38,928 bases of DNA from Omnitrophica bacterium RIFCSPHIGHO2_02_FULL_46_20. GTDB taxonomy: Bacteria; Omnitrophota; Gorgyraeia; 2-01-FULL-45-10. The DNA is taken from the NCBI GenBank assembly GCA_001804065.1, contig MHFG01000040.1, forward strand, positions 1 through 38,928, written 5' to 3'. Numbering within the stretch: position 1 is the first letter of the stretch; each line of letters begins with the position of its first letter. The position numbers and the translations under genes are program-made. The notes beneath the pieces were generated by a model that was not told the DNA's origin, did no database searches, and saw nothing but the letters and a program-made list of their open reading frames with translations. This document shows positions 36,247 to 38,928 of the stretch, in pieces.

Positions 36247-36275
36247 AATTTATCATAATAATATAGCTTTGTCAA
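36247..36275 (-). promoter_or_regulatory. Promoter for mini-pilin-pilMNOPQQ
   Basis: TTGACA-17 nt-TAAATT with extended TG. Confidence 0.62.
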
Positions 36276-36289
36276 GGGCAGCATCAGAT

Positions 36290-36348
36290 TTAAAAACAAA
36301 ACCCCGCATATTCTTCAAATAAATTGAGCGTTGAAGAATGTGCGGGGT
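36290..36348 (-). terminator. Intrinsic terminator after the pilin gene
   Basis: 18-bp stem 36301-36318/36331-36348 followed on the minus strand by TTTGTTTTT. Confidence 0.7.
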
Positions 36349-36375
36349 AAACTGCTCTTTCCAAACGTCATCAAA

Positions 36376-36708
36376 TTAAAGCGTGTGGTCCGCAACGCTA
36401 TTCGGACAAACCGGGTCCGTATCAACATCCGCAGCTACCGCATAAGCCGTGCCTTTACACTTCGGCCATGACTTTACATAGTTTGGCGTCAGGTCGCTTG
36501 TGGCTGGCGTATCGGTGCCGGCCTTATTGCCGTCCAGCGCCCAGACCTGGATCGCGCCCTGAATCTGCTTCAGGTTAGCTATACAAGCCTGCTTCTCGGC
36601 TGTCTGCCTAGCTTTGATGAAATTCGGAATGGCTATCGCCGCCAATAAACCTATAATTGCTACTACTATCATTATTTCAACGAGCGTAAAACCTTTCCGT
36701 CTTAACAT
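36376..36708 (-). CDS. Type IV pilin, probable major pilin
   Basis: KG/FTLVE class III signal, AIAIPNF, Cys residues; strong SD, own promoter and terminator. Confidence 0.9.
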   Translation of the reverse strand: MLRRKGFTLVEIMIVVAIIGLLAAIAIPNFIKARQTAEKQACIANLKQIQGAIQVWALDGNKAGTDTPATSDLTPNYVKSWPKCKGTAYAVAADVDTDPVCPNSVADHTL

Positions 36709-36920
36709 GTTAACTCACCCCCCTCCTCCGCTTCTGAATATATTTTCTTTCGGGTCCAATCTTGGAGAATATATATACAAAAAATCCCCCAAAAGACCCA
36801 TTATTGCATTCTTACTTTTTCTTCTCTTGCCTTTACAGGTCTTGCTGGAGATTCACACCTACCATAAGTATTTATTATGGCAATTTAATATTATTCTCCT
36901 CTCCAAGACCACTACTATAA

Positions 36921-36949
36921 AGTGTACCCTATAAATCGGCCTTTGTCAA
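36921..36949 (-). promoter_or_regulatory. Pilin promoter
   Basis: TTGACA-17 nt-TACACT, about 210 nt upstream of the ATG. Confidence 0.62.
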
Positions 36950-36965
36950 CCCCGCGCATAGCAAA

Positions 36966-38335
36966 CGAATTGACTCACATTAAATGTTACCGAACGTAGA
37001 TCCGGAATGCTTCGTTGACTCATAATTGATGTTACCGAATAATATAGCCCTCTAAGGGGGGTTATATCATGAGTCCCGAGGCAAGAATGGAATGCGTTGA
37101 GTCTATTTATCTACGCTATAAAAGAGCGTCTCGTAAAGAGAAGTCGCTGATACTGGATGAATTCTGCGCCACTTGCGGCTATCATCGTAAACACGCTATA
37201 CGGGTATTAAAGAACTTTAAGCGATTTACCAAGCCGAAGCCAAAGAGACGCGGAGCGCCATCAATATATAATAAGCCGTCTATCACAGAGCCACTTAAGC
37301 GTATATGGCTTGCCGCGAATCTGCCCTGCTCCAAACGGCTAAAGGTTATAATAGGCTTATGGATGCCGGGCTATGTCAAAGAATACGGTGCGTTAACGCT
37401 TGATGCCATAAAAGCTCTTTACAGAATATCGCCGCCTACCATCGATAGAATACTTAAGCCGCTGAGAGCTAAATATAGATTGAGAGGCCGGTGCACGACA
37501 AAGCCCGGAACTTTACTCCGTAAACAGATACCGATCAAGACCGATCAATGGAACGAATCCAAGCCAGGATTCGTGGAAGCCGATACTGTCGCCCACTGCG
37601 GAGATAAGATTGAGGGCGACTACGCGAATACTGTAGACCTCGTCGATATAGCCACGGGGTGGACCGAGCAAGGAGCGGCTTGGGGCAAGGGCGAGACCGG
37701 CGTATTGGCCGCTCTTAAAGACATGGAGTCGCGTATTCCCTTCCCCGTTCTTGGCTTTGACGCCGATAACGGAGGCGAGTTCATCAATCATCATCTTTGG
37801 CGCCACTTCGCCGACAGGGTTAAACCTGTCCAGTTTACACGCTCTCGTCCTTACCACAAGGACGATAATGCCCATGTCGAGCAGAAGAACTGGACTCATG
37901 TCAGGCAGTGGTTCGGATACCACAGGCTCGATAAGAAAAGGATTGTCGATATGATGAATGAGCTATATCGAAGCGAGTGGAGGCTCTATCACAACTTCTT
38001 CCAGCCTTCTACGAAACTCATCGAGAAGAAAGTTATTGCCTCAAAGACAGTCAAGCGATATGATAAGCCAAAGACGCCTTACGAGAGGGTATTAGAATCG
38101 AAGCACATCGATCCATCCGTTAAGCGGTCTCTCAAAGAACAGCTTGAAACGTTAAATCCCTTCCAATTACGGAAGGCTATTGAGGCCAAGATGAAGAAAA
38201 TATTCGACTATCTGAACCGATGAATTATCCACAGTATCAAAGTTATTCACAAAGAGAAAGAGTCGTCCAAAAAGAGAAAATTACTACTACTAAGAGTCAA
38301 CTAAGCTACGGTAACATTTAGCTATGAGTCATTAG
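36966..38335 (+). mobile_element. Insertion sequence of about 1.37 kb (DDE integrase-core type; family uncertain)
   Basis: TGACTCA..ATGTTACCG twice at the left end (36970-36994, 37015-37039), inverted once at the right end (38309-38331); GCAAA direct repeats at 36961-36965 and 38336-38340. Confidence 0.85.
37069..38223 (+). CDS. DDE transposase (rve/integrase core)
   Basis: ILDEFC..CGYHRKHAIR, PGFVEADTVAHCG, DADNGGEF, FTRSRPY.KDDNAHVEQKN. Confidence 0.93.
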   Translation: MSPEARMECVESIYLRYKRASRKEKSLILDEFCATCGYHRKHAIRVLKNFKRFTKPKPKRRGAPSIYNKPSITEPLKRIWLAANLPCSKRLKVIIGLWMPGYVKEYGALTLDAIKALYRISPPTIDRILKPLRAKYRLRGRCTTKPGTLLRKQIPIKTDQWNESKPGFVEADTVAHCGDKIEGDYANTVDLVDIATGWTEQGAAWGKGETGVLAALKDMESRIPFPVLGFDADNGGEFINHHLWRHFADRVKPVQFTRSRPYHKDDNAHVEQKNWTHVRQWFGYHRLDKKRIVDMMNELYRSEWRLYHNFFQPSTKLIEKKVIASKTVKRYDKPKTPYERVLESKHIDPSVKRSLKEQLETLNPFQLRKAIEAKMKKIFDYLNR

Positions 38336-38385
38336 GCAAAAACGTTTAAGAAGGGGCCAAGCTCAAGGCAAGCGCCAATAGCCTA

Positions 38386-38928
38386 TTACCCGCCCATCAC
38401 TGAAGTTATCTTGAATATCGGAAGGAACATACATATAACTATGGAGCCTATTACAATACCGAGAAAGGCTATTATAAGCGGTTCGATAAGGCTTGTAAGA
38501 GAGCTGACTGAGACGTCTACCTGCTCATCATAAAAATCCGCTATTTTTGAAAGCATCTTCTCAAGTTCCCCGGACTGCTCCCCTACCGAAACCATCCTGA
38601 CGACCATAGGAGGAAATAATTTTGATTTAGCGAGAGGCCCGGCAACGCTTTCCCCTTCCCGAACGCTAGCCCTGACTGTCTCAACAGCCATCTCTATGGC
38701 CTTATTGCCCGCGGTCCTGCCTACTATCTCGAGCGAGGTGAGGATCGGAACGCCGCTCTTTATGAGGGTTGATAATGTCCTGGTAAATTTACTTATCGCG
38801 ACCTTTTTAAATAAAATACCGAATATGGGCAATTTTAACAGAAATGAATCATATCGAAGCCGGCCTTTTTCGGTCTTACTATAACGTATCGCGAAAAACA
38901 TGATCACTGCAAGAGCAACTATTAAATA
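38386..38928 (-). CDS. pilC: Type IV pilus platform protein PilC/GspF (5' part outside the window)
   Basis: FTRTLSTLIKSGVPI, MVSVGEQSGEL, LIEPLII, MFLPIF; frame stays open to the window edge. Confidence 0.92.
   Translation of the reverse strand, partial: YLIVALAVIMFFAIRYSKTEKGRLRYDSFLLKLPIFGILFKKVAISKFTRTLSTLIKSGVPILTSLEIVGRTAGNKAIEMAVETVRASVREGESVAGPLAKSKLFPPMVVRMVSVGEQSGELEKMLSKIADFYDEQVDVSVSSLTSLIEPLIIAFLGIVIGSIVICMFLPIFKITSVMGG

Noticed and set aside
36970-37039. Two 25-bp direct repeats resembling a mini-CRISPR
   Set aside because: Only two imperfect copies, a matching inverted copy at the other IS end, and no cas genes; these are transposase-binding repeats
307-38884. Numerous + strand ORFs antisense to housekeeping genes (e.g. 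307-747, 11581-12072, 28286-28846), and 37513-37923 antisense to the transposase
   Set aside because: Shadow frames of well-supported genes, with no recognisable motifs

Overview
A 38.9 kb chromosomal core-genome segment with almost all genes on the minus strand. Gene content and order suggest a diderm bacterium, most plausibly Candidatus Omnitrophota/PVC (inference, not verified). Read in transcription direction (right to left): pilC (partial), an intact DDE insertion sequence, pilin, mini-pilin, pilMNOP, two tandem secretins, a short DUF2344 gene, rng-rplU-rpmA-obg-proB-proA-nadD, an unannotated 47-aa zinc-ribbon gene, rsfS, argS, a half-size mfd, two PPIases, pdxA, rsmA, gatCAB, ctpA, a yibQ-like deacetylase, tsaD, mgtC, a bactofilin-HTH fusion, a membrane-anchored HTH, larB, larC, a TPR/PDZ protein, a HAMP protein, dusB (+ strand) and a degenerate ychF. 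No rRNA, tRNA or CRISPR array was seen. Best candidates for something new: (1) a two-gene module pairing a bactofilin fused to an Xis/BldC-like HTH with a tail-anchored HTH protein, a possible cytoskeleton-DNA-membrane tether; (2) a set of small palindromic elements that nest inside one another in intergenic DNA and also sit in frame inside larC, tsaD and proB. Several translation-related proteins have altered hallmark motifs (YchF P-loop, RsmA motif IV, bL27 N-terminal tail, probable AUA start of rsfS). Family assignments come from motif recognition by eye; no searches were run.
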